A stretch of 63,679 nt of DNA, counting the filler, from Saprolegnia diclina VS20 (taxonomy: Eukaryota): NCBI RefSeq assembly GCF_000281045.1. It is 4 parts of 2 records of this genome, joined end to end, with 100 filler letters (N's around TTAATTAATTAA, not from the genome) between each part and the next. Parts side by side here need not be neighbours in the genome. Positions count along the whole stretch, not along the records: positions 1 to 20,176 come from NW_008246113.1; 3 more parts are not named here. One strand, given 5' to 3'. A program made the position numbers and the translations under genes. Below the pieces are notes generated by a model that made no database searches, was not told where the DNA came from, and worked only from the letters and a program-made list of their open reading frames with translations. Each line of letters opens with the position of its first letter. The first letter of the stretch is position 1. Below are positions 1-10,786 of the stretch, piece after piece.

Positions 1-1383
1 ACCAAGTGGACCAAGGATCCGCCCTCGCGCCGACGCGGTCGCTCGTCACACATGAGGCAGCTGCGCCATGACTGCAAGCACGTCATGTGGGCGCTTCGGC
101 ATGGCACGCCGCCTGCAGTCTCGAATCTGCAAAATGGCCTGTCGTGCCAAGAAACGCGTGGAACGTTACTGGTGATTGGCTGAAATGATTAGATTTAATG
201 GACTTGGATTGGCCAAAAGTAAACCAGCCATTGTGGTTGGCTGAAATGTCGAAGGCGGCCTTCAACACTACGAGGCCATTATTCTTGGCGTTTGCCATAA
301 ACACCATCAATAGCCACATTTTGGGTTGGCGCACGGTCCCCGCCTCGAGCGATCGACCAAACCGCTTTCGAAAATGAAATCGCCCATACTCGCCACAGTA
401 CTCGCCACCACTTTGGAGAGTACGGAAAGCTAAATAGCGTCGCCGTGCGAGTTCTGTAGCGCGAGCAATGAACGATCACAATTTCAGCAGCTTTATTTTA
501 GCACCGAAATAATGTATGGGGTTCAAATAGAGCCATGTCGCGCGCACTCTGCTTTCCTCGGCCACATGCAGCACACTACTGAACACGATTAACAAGAGAT
601 GACGTCCTCAGTATCCGCGATTTCAGCGCATTCTTCACCAAAATTTCAAGTCGTATTTTGTTAAAATCGACGCTCGGCAGTTCCAGTTTGGTGTGAGCGC
701 CCAAGCAACGAAGCAGTCCAACAAACGGGTCGCACATCGGGTCAAGATCCATAGCCAACTGTGGCAGCCAGAATTGGGGTTCTTGGAGCTCTCCAACCCC
801 TCGATGTCATGTGGAGTAGTAGGACATTCATCGCGCGGCCTCAAAAAATGAAAAATAGAGTTCCGCGTGATAGCGCCGCGTTTGGCGCTGGAAACGACAC
901 GAACATCATTGAACAACTTTGTGGCGAGGTAGACACCGTTGCTATGGGGGGTTGGAGGTGCCACTTTGGCTTGCCCCAATGTGCCGTATATAGCCATTGA
1001 TTCGGCATGCATAGGTGGCATATGCCACCTTACCGCAGCATACAATTTGCGTATCATAAAAAGGGTTTCCGCAAAATAATGCTGACTCCATTTTTAGCCA
1101 ATCCGCGAGGGGATGAGATACCACCGCATTGCGGCCGACGCCGCTTGCGTCGGCAATCGCGTCGGAAAATGAAATCGCCAGAGCTTAGGCAGAGGATAGA
1201 AGACGCTTTGAGGAGCGCGTAGCGCCATGTCTGGTCGTCGTGCGAAGGCTACAGCCCGAGGAATCGACTGTTTATTTAAATATGGTACGCGCCACATGCT
1301 ACCACAAATAACCACATGTTGTCGCAGCTTCTCATCCGAGAATTCCATAAACGGCCGCCGCCTTGCCACTTGGCCACGCCGCG

Positions 1384-2940
1384 ATGGACCGTCCGATCGC
1401 ATCGCTGCAGCCCGACTGCGCGCGCCTCATCCTGCGCTACATGGACGCGCCCGAGACGGTAGTAGGCTTCTTGCGCACGCTGGCACCGCACAGCCTCGAC
1501 GCGACGCTGGCCGCCCTCGTCGAGCTCGTCGGCTTCCTGCCGCTGCGCGACGTCTGGCCCGCGCTGCACCTGCGCACGTTTATGCTGCCGCGCACGCTCG
1601 ATCGCGTCGTGGGCGCGCTGCCGCTCTACGATACAGTGCACGTGTACGACCGCCGCCACGTACACGCCTTTGACGCGCGCCGCCTGGTACTGCACCCGTC
1701 GCTGGAGCCAAGCACCGCGTGGCCGCCACTGGAGGCTGCCGCCACCTCCATCGTAGGGCTCGAATGCAACGCCAACACATCAACGCCGATGACGTTTGAG
1801 CTCGTGCTCGGGGCGCTCGCCACCTGCCCGCGACTCGTCTCGCTGCACTTGCAAATCACGACGGCGCAGTCCGACGGCGTCCGCGCCCTGCTCGCCGGGC
1901 TTCCTACGACGCCGCTCTTGTCGGACGTTCGTCTGCACAAGCTTGAAGCCAGCGAGGTGCAGCTGCTTCCGGACACGAGCGTACAGCATGTGGCGTCGTG
2001 GCTTGGATCTCGGCACGTGACGCGGCTCGAGCTACGGTCGATCGACGCTGAGTCGCCTGCCGCCGCCGCCACGTTGAGCGAGGCACTGCTTGCGTCAGCC
2101 ACAATCAAGACGCTGGCGCTGGTCAACACGGCGACATTTGCGCAAGCGCTACTCGCGGCGAACGGTCCGCTGCCGACGACGCTGCGTCATCTCGAGCTCG
2201 GGTCCAATCAGCTGCCCGTATCGCCGACGCCGCGCTTCCAGCTCCTGCACGACACGGTGTTAACGTCACTCGACTTGAACGGGACGTACTTGGACCACGA
2301 TGGACTGCAAGCGCTCGCAGCGCTGCTCTTCTCGCTGCGCCATCTCGAGGCGCTTGACCTCTCAGCCGTGCTGCCGCACTCTGGCCGCATGGACACGGCA
2401 TACCTCGCTCATGACAACCGTCAATCGCAGCTCCTCGCCGAGATCCTACGGCATTTGCCGCAACTCACGACCCTGCGTTTGGCCCGAAACGGCGTCCAGG
2501 ACGCCGACATGGCGCTGCTTGTGCCGGCACTGCCGCGCTGCCTCGGCGTCTTGGACGTGAGCGCCAACCAAATCAAGAACGCTGGGCTTGCGCTCCTGCG
2601 AGCGGACGCAATGCCGCGGCTGCGTGTCCTGCATCTCAAGAGCAATGCGTTTAGCAACGAAGGCGCGCGGCGGTTTAGCCAACGACTGTCGCAGTGGTCG
2701 TCGCTCACGGAGCTGAGCTTTCTTGGCCGCGACATGGACATGTACGGCATCACTATGCTGCTGACGGCGCTGAGCACCTGTTCGCAGCCGCTAATGCGCC
2801 TCGACGTGGGCGGCTCGTGCTGCCGACGCGCCAACGACACGACCAAGATCTCGGAGGCTGCGCGGAGACTCGGCCTCATCGATCGCAAACCCGTGTTTTG
2901 CAAGCGCCTGCGAACCGAGCGACTGGCGTTTTCGTACTGA
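1384..2940 (+). CDS. F-box-like N-terminus + RNI-like leucine-rich repeat protein (intronless)
   Basis: Long ORF, first ATG 1384. LxxLxLxxN repeats (LRHLELGSNQL, LTSLDLNGT, LTTLRLARNGV, LRVLHLKSNAF). N-terminal LQPDCARLILRYM..VWPALHL is shared with paralogs at 43.1 and 45.8 kb. Confidence 0.85.
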   Translation: MDRPIASLQPDCARLILRYMDAPETVVGFLRTLAPHSLDATLAALVELVGFLPLRDVWPALHLRTFMLPRTLDRVVGALPLYDTVHVYDRRHVHAFDARRLVLHPSLEPSTAWPPLEAAATSIVGLECNANTSTPMTFELVLGALATCPRLVSLHLQITTAQSDGVRALLAGLPTTPLLSDVRLHKLEASEVQLLPDTSVQHVASWLGSRHVTRLELRSIDAESPAAAATLSEALLASATIKTLALVNTATFAQALLAANGPLPTTLRHLELGSNQLPVSPTPRFQLLHDTVLTSLDLNGTYLDHDGLQALAALLFSLRHLEALDLSAVLPHSGRMDTAYLAHDNRQSQLLAEILRHLPQLTTLRLARNGVQDADMALLVPALPRCLGVLDVSANQIKNAGLALLRADAMPRLRVLHLKSNAFSNEGARRFSQRLSQWSSLTELSFLGRDMDMYGITMLLTALSTCSQPLMRLDVGGSCCRRANDTTKISEAARRLGLIDRKPVFCKRLRTERLAFSY

Positions 2941-3402
2941 TCGTGTTGATTTCACCTCATTCGTGGTGTGTAATTGTTGTTGAATATTGTCATCTCTAAG
3001 CTCCCAACCACACAGACATTGCCCGGTGGTTGCACTCCCATCTGGATCGGCTTCGCACGCAGCGCCGGCAGTCTTCTGAAGCCAGCTCGGGCTTTGAGAT
3101 GTCGGCCGCGTTCTTGCAGCTGGAGCTAAGTGTTTCTTTCTCATATCGTGTCACTACTCGCAGTGCCCTTTGTAAACGAATTCAACACAATTGTTCGAGC
3201 GCTTATGGGGCATAATGATCGGCAATGAGATCCTCAGCATGGAATTAGGCTCGTCGATTGCGTAAAAGGCGGTTAGGGTAAGGAGAATGGAGCTAAACGT
3301 GGTCTTCCCCATTATAGGTTATATTTTATAGGCTAGCTAGCGTGCTCATAAACTTGTATGATCGCGTTATCTTCACCACAACGACTTTCATGTTGATACA
3401 AG

Positions 3403-5655
3403 TCATTCCATCATGTATCGGCTTTTGGAGAGCAAAGCGTCGAGCTGTGCGTCGATGTCGTCGAGGTCGGTCGTGGCAGGCGCGACCTTGCCACTGGCCT
3501 TGAGCTCGATCGCACTGCGCGTGGCGCGCAATGACGTGGCGTCTTTCGGTGCCGGCACGTCGACGACGAGCTCGTGCACGAACGGCGTCTCGGCAAAGAT
3601 CGGGTTGATCGTTCGGTGGCGGTCAATGAACACGAGCTGGCGCCGCGGCACGCCGGCCATTTTCTCAAACGAGAGCACCATCTCGGCGTACGCGAGGAGG
3701 CCGCGCGTCCGGGCCGTATCGCATTTGCGGTCGTCCACCGTCTTGTTCATCATCGCAAGCAGCAAGTTGAGGAGCACCATGGTCACGATCGCGCAGTGAA
3801 CCATGCGCAGTGAGATGCCAAAGATGTGCAAACTCAGCGGCAGGTCGAGTTCGCGGACGACGTTGGTGATGTTCCGGACCGTTTGGTTGGCGGTGTGAAG
3901 CGCGGAAAAAGCCGCTTCGTCCGTCTCGCCAAACAGAATAAAGTACGATTTGTAAAACGTTGTCCACATGTCGGGGATCTCTGCGTTGTTGGTGCACTGG
4001 TAGACGAGGTAGTAGGCGCCCGTGAGCCCCAGTTCAAAGACCCCAAAGAATGCGAAAAAGTTGGCCACGTCGCCCAAGACACTCCGGAGCGTCACGACCA
4101 AATAGCCGGCGGTCGCGTGCACTTGGAAGAAGCGCGCCACTTGGAGCCAGAGACTGAGGAAAATGAGCACCCCCGAGTAGACGTACGCGACGTACGCAGC
4201 GTCTGCGCCGTCCTCTAATTCGTCGATCGGCGTCGCTTCAATGTCAAACACCGAGACGAACCCGCTCGGGACGTGCAGGAAGAGAATGAGAAAGCACGTG
4301 CTGAGCCGGAAGAGGTTCATGAACGAGCCAAAGTACGGACGGAACCGGACGCGGCACGGCGTGCAGAGGGGCAAAACCAAGTAGACAAAGAGCCACGTTC
4401 GCACGTACTGACTGCGCGACGTCGCCAGGCGAAAGTGCTTCGGGAGGTCTCGGTCGTAGCTCAACACGACGCCGTACTCGACGCAAAGAAAGTAACCGGC
4501 ACAGAGCCAGAGCACGATCGCGGGGACCGCCACCATCGCGGTGAAGAGCTTGTTGACGTCGGCATACCGGAGGACTGGCGCCGCCGTGGCTGCGCTCGCG
4601 ATAGCCGTTGCAACGAGCACGCACCGCACCAAGTAGCGCTTGGCGGCCGCCTTGTATAGGCTCATGTCGTTGTCGCGGGACTTTGGCAGTTCGGCTTCGT
4701 TCGATGGCCAGGTGCCTTGATGCACCCAGAGCGCGAGGCGCCAGAGACGGTCCGGGTGCAAACGTTGAAGCGCAAGGAGGGAGAAGAGGACGAAGTAGCA
4801 GCCCGCGATCCAGACAACGGTGAGCGTGCCCATCGAGTAGCCGAAGTCTTTTTGGAGCGCTTCGCGTTCGTTTTGATAGGCGATGTAGCACTGCTTGTTG
4901 TTGCGACGGAAGTCGGTAATTGTCGTCTTGTTGAAGCCGCTTTGGTTGTCGAGGCATGCGACGTTGTCCAGCGCGCGCGAGATGGACGACATGTAGTAGT
5001 AGTTGGACGCGGTCGCGACGACCATGGCGAACAGCATGAGCGCAAACATGAGCAGCGTCTTGCAGAAGATGCGCTCACCGACAATGTCCCACTTGATGGC
5101 GAGGAGCCGGCGGATGACAACGTGTTCGAGGCAGAGCGACCGCGCCTCGGCATTCTCGCAGCGCACGATCTCGTCCAGCGCACTCGTGTCGGCGTCGTCG
5201 TTGCCAAACAGCTCGGGCATGCCAGAAAAACGCAATACGTTGGTTGCGTCGTGCTGGTAGCAGTTGTCGAGCATCTCGAGGGCGAGGCGGGGCTCAAGAC
5301 GCAGCGCGCGGCCAAACAGCACCGGGTCCAGCGCTTTGGCTCGATCGTAGGCAATTTGGAGAGCGCGAATGTGCTCGGCCTTGTACGCGGGACAGGTGGC
5401 GCGGAGGAAGGCGTCGTTGCGTAGGAGCGCCTCGCAGTCGTAGCTACGCGACTCGATCGCGTGGTCGAGCGCCGTTTTGTGGTCCCGATCGGTCGCGCTC
5501 GGATCGACTTCGGGCTCCAACAGCCGCGCTTGCACCAAGGTGTAGTTGCCTTCCCGGCTTGCTTGGATCAGCGACTGCTCCTCGCCCGAGACGTCGACGC
5601 TCATCGAATCGCGACTCGGCGGCGTCATCGCACTCGCGCATTTGCGGTATGGCAT
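3403..5655 (-). CDS. Ankyrin-repeat TRP-like ion channel (copy A)
   Basis: Single long ORF, first ATG 5655. N-terminal ankyrin repeats (ASREGNY, KTALDHA), LAIKW pre-S1, multiple TM helices, pore-like SYFILFGETD, S6/TRP-helix-like LLNLLLAMMNKT..AEMVLSFEK. Confidence 0.8.
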   Translation of the reverse strand: MPYRKCASAMTPPSRDSMSVDVSGEEQSLIQASREGNYTLVQARLLEPEVDPSATDRDHKTALDHAIESRSYDCEALLRNDAFLRATCPAYKAEHIRALQIAYDRAKALDPVLFGRALRLEPRLALEMLDNCYQHDATNVLRFSGMPELFGNDDADTSALDEIVRCENAEARSLCLEHVVIRRLLAIKWDIVGERIFCKTLLMFALMLFAMVVATASNYYYMSSISRALDNVACLDNQSGFNKTTITDFRRNNKQCYIAYQNEREALQKDFGYSMGTLTVVWIAGCYFVLFSLLALQRLHPDRLWRLALWVHQGTWPSNEAELPKSRDNDMSLYKAAAKRYLVRCVLVATAIASAATAAPVLRYADVNKLFTAMVAVPAIVLWLCAGYFLCVEYGVVLSYDRDLPKHFRLATSRSQYVRTWLFVYLVLPLCTPCRVRFRPYFGSFMNLFRLSTCFLILFLHVPSGFVSVFDIEATPIDELEDGADAAYVAYVYSGVLIFLSLWLQVARFFQVHATAGYLVVTLRSVLGDVANFFAFFGVFELGLTGAYYLVYQCTNNAEIPDMWTTFYKSYFILFGETDEAAFSALHTANQTVRNITNVVRELDLPLSLHIFGISLRMVHCAIVTMVLLNLLLAMMNKTVDDRKCDTARTRGLLAYAEMVLSFEKMAGVPRRQLVFIDRHRTINPIFAETPFVHELVVDVPAPKDATSLRATRSAIELKASGKVAPATTDLDDIDAQLDALLSKSRYMME

Positions 5656-5953
5656 GGCAAACGACAAGTGACGAGCGAGAGAGCAACCGCCGTACGTTCT
5701 CAGCCCAACAGGATTCTCAACTTCACCGCATCAAGAACCTCAGGAACGCTAGTGGGAGAACGCAATGTTTCGATGGAACCTGCAACGAGCGCAGAAGCGT
5801 CAATTCGAGTGCATACCATTTGTCATCCAGACGGCAGCGTTACCGAGGCGGTGAAATGCGGTGGTTACCCGAATGGAGGCGGAGCTTTAGCCGGCAGCCA
5901 CTCCGTTTCGGTTGCAGTCGGAGAAGAAGCTCGCCATCAGCGCCGCAACGTCG

Positions 5954-8413
5954 ATGCCAGCACGCAGCATTGTTCAAATGACATCGCACCGACCGCAACG
6001 CTTGCTTGTCGAGCTCGCCACCGATCGCCAATGGACGGACATCCTCGGCATCCTCGCGTCAAAAGCCAAAGTCCTCGACCTCAACGCCGTCGATGGAAAG
6101 GGGCTCACGGCCTTCGCTCGCGCGTGCCGTTGTGGCCAGCGCGACGTCGTCATCGCCTTTCTCAAACAGCCGACCATTGACATCTTTATTGAAGATCGAT
6201 CCGGTCTCACAGCGCTTGACTGGGCCAAGCGCGAAGGCCACGACGCCTGCGCCCGCCTCGTCGAGAGCGCAGCGTACGCTCAGGTCCACAGCAGCCACGA
6301 GCAACCGCTGCAAGCCGACGTCGACGCTCTCCACGGTGTGTTTGACGAGCAGCTTTTCGCCCGCGCCGTCCGCGTCGACGTTCCTTCGGCGCTGCGGATG
6401 CTCGATGCCTTTGTGGTCACACCCACGGTCCACAAACATAGGTTTTCGAATCTCCACGTCCTCTATGGCCTCAAAGACGCCAAGACCAGCGCGCTCTACT
6501 CGATTTTGAACGCGCAGCGCACGAATCCCCACGGCACGTTCGCGTGTCTGGGTCATGTGGCCGTCCAGCGCGTCCTCGAGATCAAGTGGGCGCTCTTTGG
6601 TCAGCGCCGGTACATCCACCAGATCCTCGTCTTTGCACTCGTGCTCATGGCCATGACGGTCTCGGTGGCGACGGCGTATGCGACTGCCAAGATGCCCGAG
6701 GTCGCCATCTACAAAGCTGCGTTCGAATCCTGCCGCGGCAACGACACCTTCAACTCGTGTGTCTACGATCGGTTTGAGCTCATGAACTCGACCACCCAAG
6801 GGCAGCCTGACCGCGTGGCGCTCAACACGACTCTTTTGGAGCAGCACAACGCGACATACACGACGCTCATGCAGTACTCGGGCATCCAGCTCCAGTTTGT
6901 ACAAATTGCGTGGGCTCCGTCTATCTGCTTTGTCATCGTTGGCCTCATCTACGCCCAGCAACTGCAGCCGATACGGCTCTGGCAGTGGACCCGCTACGCT
7001 CGCGATGGCACGTGGGGGCCGTGCGACCCCAACGTGGAACTGCCACACTGGCCGCAGCTCCAGGCCGCCGCGAAACGCCTCCTCGTGCGCCGTGTACTGC
7101 TATGGACGTGCGTCCTCAGCGCCTTCCCGATTGTTTGTGCGGTGACCGCCATCTTGCGGACGACCGAAGCTATTCCACACTGGATCATCCCGAATGGACG
7201 CCACGTTTACATCAGCTACACGCTGCCGTGGCTGACCTGGTCAACGGCGACCGTGCTCTGGTGCGGCGTCCTCTACTTTCTTCTGTTGGAATACCGCGAG
7301 CTGCGCTCCGAAGACCGGGCGATCGAAGAGCGGCGCGAGAACTCCGAGGGGATCATGTGGGTGCTCTACACCCTCCTTTTGTTTGTTCTGCTGCCGTGGG
7401 CGACGCCGTTCTTGCGCCGGTATCGCCGGTACTATGCCTCGGGCTTCAACCTCTTTCAGCTCTGCATCTTTTCGCTCGTGCTCTTGTACGTACCGCTGCA
7501 CCTCAACTACGCCCACACGAACAAGGCGCCCGACCTCAACGACCCCGTGTACCAAGCCTATATCTGTATTGGCGCGACCGCGACGCTCGGTCTCTGGATG
7601 ATGTCGACGCAGTTTCTGCAGATCCACCCCACGGGCGGGTACCTCGTGCCGCTTTTGATGGACATTGTGACCGACGTACGTGGCATCGCGCTGCTGTTTA
7701 GCGTCGTCCAATTGGGTTTTACGTGTGCGTACTACCTCCTCTTTCGGTGTTTGGCGCCAAAATACGCAACGCTGTACGACTCGTTCTTTGCCTCCTACTT
7801 TGTGCTCTACGGTGGTCTCCAGCTCGACGACTTTACTGGCAAGTCGGGTCAATACTTGAGGACGTACACGGTCGGCAACACGACAGCGTCCAAGCTGGTC
7901 AACGCCGTGTCGCCGTCGCTCGTGCCGCTGGGCATCGTACTGCGCATGGTTCAAGTCGCCATGTACGTCGTCGTTCTTGCCAACCTCCTCATTGCTATGA
8001 TGAACAAGACGGTCGAAAAGAAGTGGGACACGACGGAGGCCCGCGCGGCCGTCAGCGCCGCCGAGTGCGTCCTCCGACTTGAACGCACGTCCAAGCAGAC
8101 ACTTGGTGCGCGGCAAGCCATCATGTACATGGACCCACCCACGACGCCCTCTGATCCGATGCGGTGGGTCCGATATTGCTTGGGTTTGCGCCCAGCAGCA
8201 GCGAATGTGGTCGTGACGCCGGAATGCCTCCACCCACTCTTTACCGAATACGTCTGGAAGTACGCGCTGCCGCCGCTGGACGCGCTCACCAACGACGACA
8301 CAGACAAGACACTGGCCAGCACGTCTGTCGATACCGAGCTGCAAACGCGTCTTCGGGACATGCGAACCAAGTTTGATCAATTGGCCAGCACGCTGGCTGC
8401 CCACCGTGCATAG
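5954..8413 (+). CDS. Ankyrin-repeat TRP-like ion channel (copy B)
   Basis: Single long ORF, first ATG 5954. Ankyrin repeats (GLTAFARAC, GLTALDWAK), LEIKW, TM helices, SYFVLYGG, LANLLIAMMNKT..AECVLRLER. Collinear with copy A. Confidence 0.8.
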   Translation: MPARSIVQMTSHRPQRLLVELATDRQWTDILGILASKAKVLDLNAVDGKGLTAFARACRCGQRDVVIAFLKQPTIDIFIEDRSGLTALDWAKREGHDACARLVESAAYAQVHSSHEQPLQADVDALHGVFDEQLFARAVRVDVPSALRMLDAFVVTPTVHKHRFSNLHVLYGLKDAKTSALYSILNAQRTNPHGTFACLGHVAVQRVLEIKWALFGQRRYIHQILVFALVLMAMTVSVATAYATAKMPEVAIYKAAFESCRGNDTFNSCVYDRFELMNSTTQGQPDRVALNTTLLEQHNATYTTLMQYSGIQLQFVQIAWAPSICFVIVGLIYAQQLQPIRLWQWTRYARDGTWGPCDPNVELPHWPQLQAAAKRLLVRRVLLWTCVLSAFPIVCAVTAILRTTEAIPHWIIPNGRHVYISYTLPWLTWSTATVLWCGVLYFLLLEYRELRSEDRAIEERRENSEGIMWVLYTLLLFVLLPWATPFLRRYRRYYASGFNLFQLCIFSLVLLYVPLHLNYAHTNKAPDLNDPVYQAYICIGATATLGLWMMSTQFLQIHPTGGYLVPLLMDIVTDVRGIALLFSVVQLGFTCAYYLLFRCLAPKYATLYDSFFASYFVLYGGLQLDDFTGKSGQYLRTYTVGNTTASKLVNAVSPSLVPLGIVLRMVQVAMYVVVLANLLIAMMNKTVEKKWDTTEARAAVSAAECVLRLERTSKQTLGARQAIMYMDPPTTPSDPMRWVRYCLGLRPAAANVVVTPECLHPLFTEYVWKYALPPLDALTNDDTDKTLASTSVDTELQTRLRDMRTKFDQLASTLAAHRA

Positions 8414-9180
8414 TTTATGTCACATAACACTTTAACATTGAGTGCCTTCTCAAGCTCCTGTTGGTGCCCGAAGCAGCTTGCCACGCTGTCGACGCGTGAG
8501 CTTCAGGCGTCGGCTTCGACCTTCTCCTCTGAGCGTTCCCAGCCGTCCGTTTTTGCGTGTTCGAAATTTCGTCGAAATTCTATTTTTAGATTGCAGTGCG
8601 AAAGCGTTGGCTGGCGACCTCAGGGTACGACAAACTGACAACGTCCTATCTTTAGCGCTGTCGTCCGCAACCGTAGCGGTCGCCGCACCGAGATTTCGCT
8701 GAGTTGGCGCCATCTTGCGCCGCCTTCACTGCTAGTGCGCTGCATCCGTTCACTCAGTCCTTCCTCGCGTCCAGTGCTCCGACGAATCTGCGCCACGGAT
8801 CGAAACAGCAGCCTCGGTAACCAAGCCGGCACAGTGAGCGGTCAAGCGGTGAGCGGTGCGTGTTCTTGCAACGCCCTTCTTTTGCCGACATGCGTTCCAG
8901 GCTCGGATCGACGTCATCGGCCGCTGATTGGCTCGACGCCCTGGTCCTATGGGCTGATTGGCTCTTTTTACACTCCGCGAGCCTTTGTCTTGAAGCAACA
9001 ATACCGTCTTTGAACAACGCGTTCTAGTTCAAGAGCGATTATACACGTCAAGACTAGAATCCCTTCTCACGTTCTATGAAGCGAGCCAACGGTAGCAAAC
9101 GCGTGGCGCGCAGCTATTTGGCCGAGGCGGTTGAAAAATGATGGTCTCTAAATTTTGGGCAGAGGTCGACACCATGGCAG

Positions 9181-10637
9181 ATGGCGCGCCTTTACACAGC
9201 AAAATCCGAGATGCTCGCGACGGCGCCGCTGCCGCTTGGCTACGGCGCGTACACGTTCGTGCTTGGCGTCGACGCGTGCTTCCTTCTCGGTGCGTGGCTC
9301 TGGGCTGCCTCGATCCACCCGCTGCCCAAGACGTACCTCTCGGAGATCATCTTTCCTGTCGAGGTACTTTGACGCGACACTTGTACCGTGGACGATCCGC
9401 TCTAGCTTCTCGCCCGCGCCTTGGCCTCCACCATGCTCGCAACGCTCTCCTTCCTCGGCTTTTGGGTCTTCATGTGGCTGCCCGACGAGCCGTGGGCGCT
9501 GCGTGCGGCCTTTCTGGCCGAGTCAATGACATGGGTAACGTCATCTCGTCGATTGATGCTCAAGGAGATGGATGCGTAGGCCATGTCGACGTGGCTGATT
9601 TGGATGGAGCACCGCCGGAGCTTGACGACCTCGACGCTCTTACGCTTCTTCTGGGTGTTTCGCTGGGCGCTCATGACCAAGTCCCTCTACTCGGCGGTGC
9701 GCTTGTGTATATATGTGACCTTCTCTCACACGGCATAGATCATGTCGATGACGTCGTGGTGGGACGAGGTCGCGCACGCCAAGCTCGCGCTGCACTGCGT
9801 GGTGTACGGTAGCTTTACGTGCCTGGCGGTCTCGAGCTTTTGGGCCCAACGCGACTTGACCAACTTGTCGCCGGAAGTGCTCGCGCTCTCTCGTCAGCGC
9901 CTCAAGTCGATCGCGTCGATCCACGCCCACGGTAAGCAGTGGGTCCAGCAGATGTACGGGTCCCTCGACCAGTACCTCCCCCACCGCCCGCGGACGCCGG
10001 TTAGAAGAGAACTCGGGTTTTCTTTTGGTGATTGTACGGGCCTGTTAGGTGCACGAGTCGGTGCTGTTTCCGACGCCGACGGACCGCGTCCGCGTCAGCA
10101 TTCCGTCGTACACGATCACACGCATGTCGTCGTCATCTTTCGTGTCGTACAAGGTCCTCTACTTTGTCAGATTTCAGAATCTGAATGTGGTGGTCCAGAT
10201 TCTGGTCACGACCGAAGACGAGACGTGGAGCGTGCGCCGACGCTTCAGTGATTTTGTGTTTTTGCGCGACGAGGTAGTGAGCTAATGGCTCGAAAGAAGG
10301 CGCTGACGTGGCGTGTAGCTGCCAGAATGCGTCAAACTCGGCCCGCTCTTTCCCGAAAAAACGCTTCTCAAGCAGTTTAACCCCAAGCGCATCGACGCTC
10401 GGCGCGTCAAGCTCGAGCGCTACCTCAACGTACACCCTCCAACCTCGATGTGTGCAAAAGCATTCAGATATTTATATGAATCACTAGGCCGTACTCTCCC
10501 ACCCGCACTTTGACGTGCAAAACTCGCTGGCGGTGTGCGACTTTTTGGAGATGGTACGCTGGCGACATTTGGTCTAGTGTATCGATACAACTGACTAGGA
10601 ATACGTCGCCGACGAAGCTGTCTACCAAGTCGTGTAG
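9181..10637 (+). CDS. Multi-exon protein: N-terminal multi-TM region + C-terminal PX domain
   Basis: Hand-spliced GT-AG exons give hydrophobic helices, then WSVRRRFSDFVFLRDE..PEKTLLKQFNPKRIDARRVKLERYLN..AVCDFLEM (PX signature); stop TAG 10635-10637. A short upstream exon from ATG 9076 is possible. Confidence 0.75.
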
Positions 10638-10786
10638 ATATTGCACTTGTTGTCGGTGGCGCACCGCGCGATCCTTAATTATTCTTGGGCCGGGGGCCCC
10701 ACCCCTACCCTAGCCCTTGTCGATTGAAAAGCACTATACAACGTACATCCAGGGATGGGTTATCACAAAAAAAAACTCCACGGTGT

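Noticed and set aside
6059..8404. Long antisense or alternate-frame ORFs (for example 329 and 387 aa) over real genes
   Set aside because: Expected shadow ORFs from high GC3 codon bias; no family motifs.
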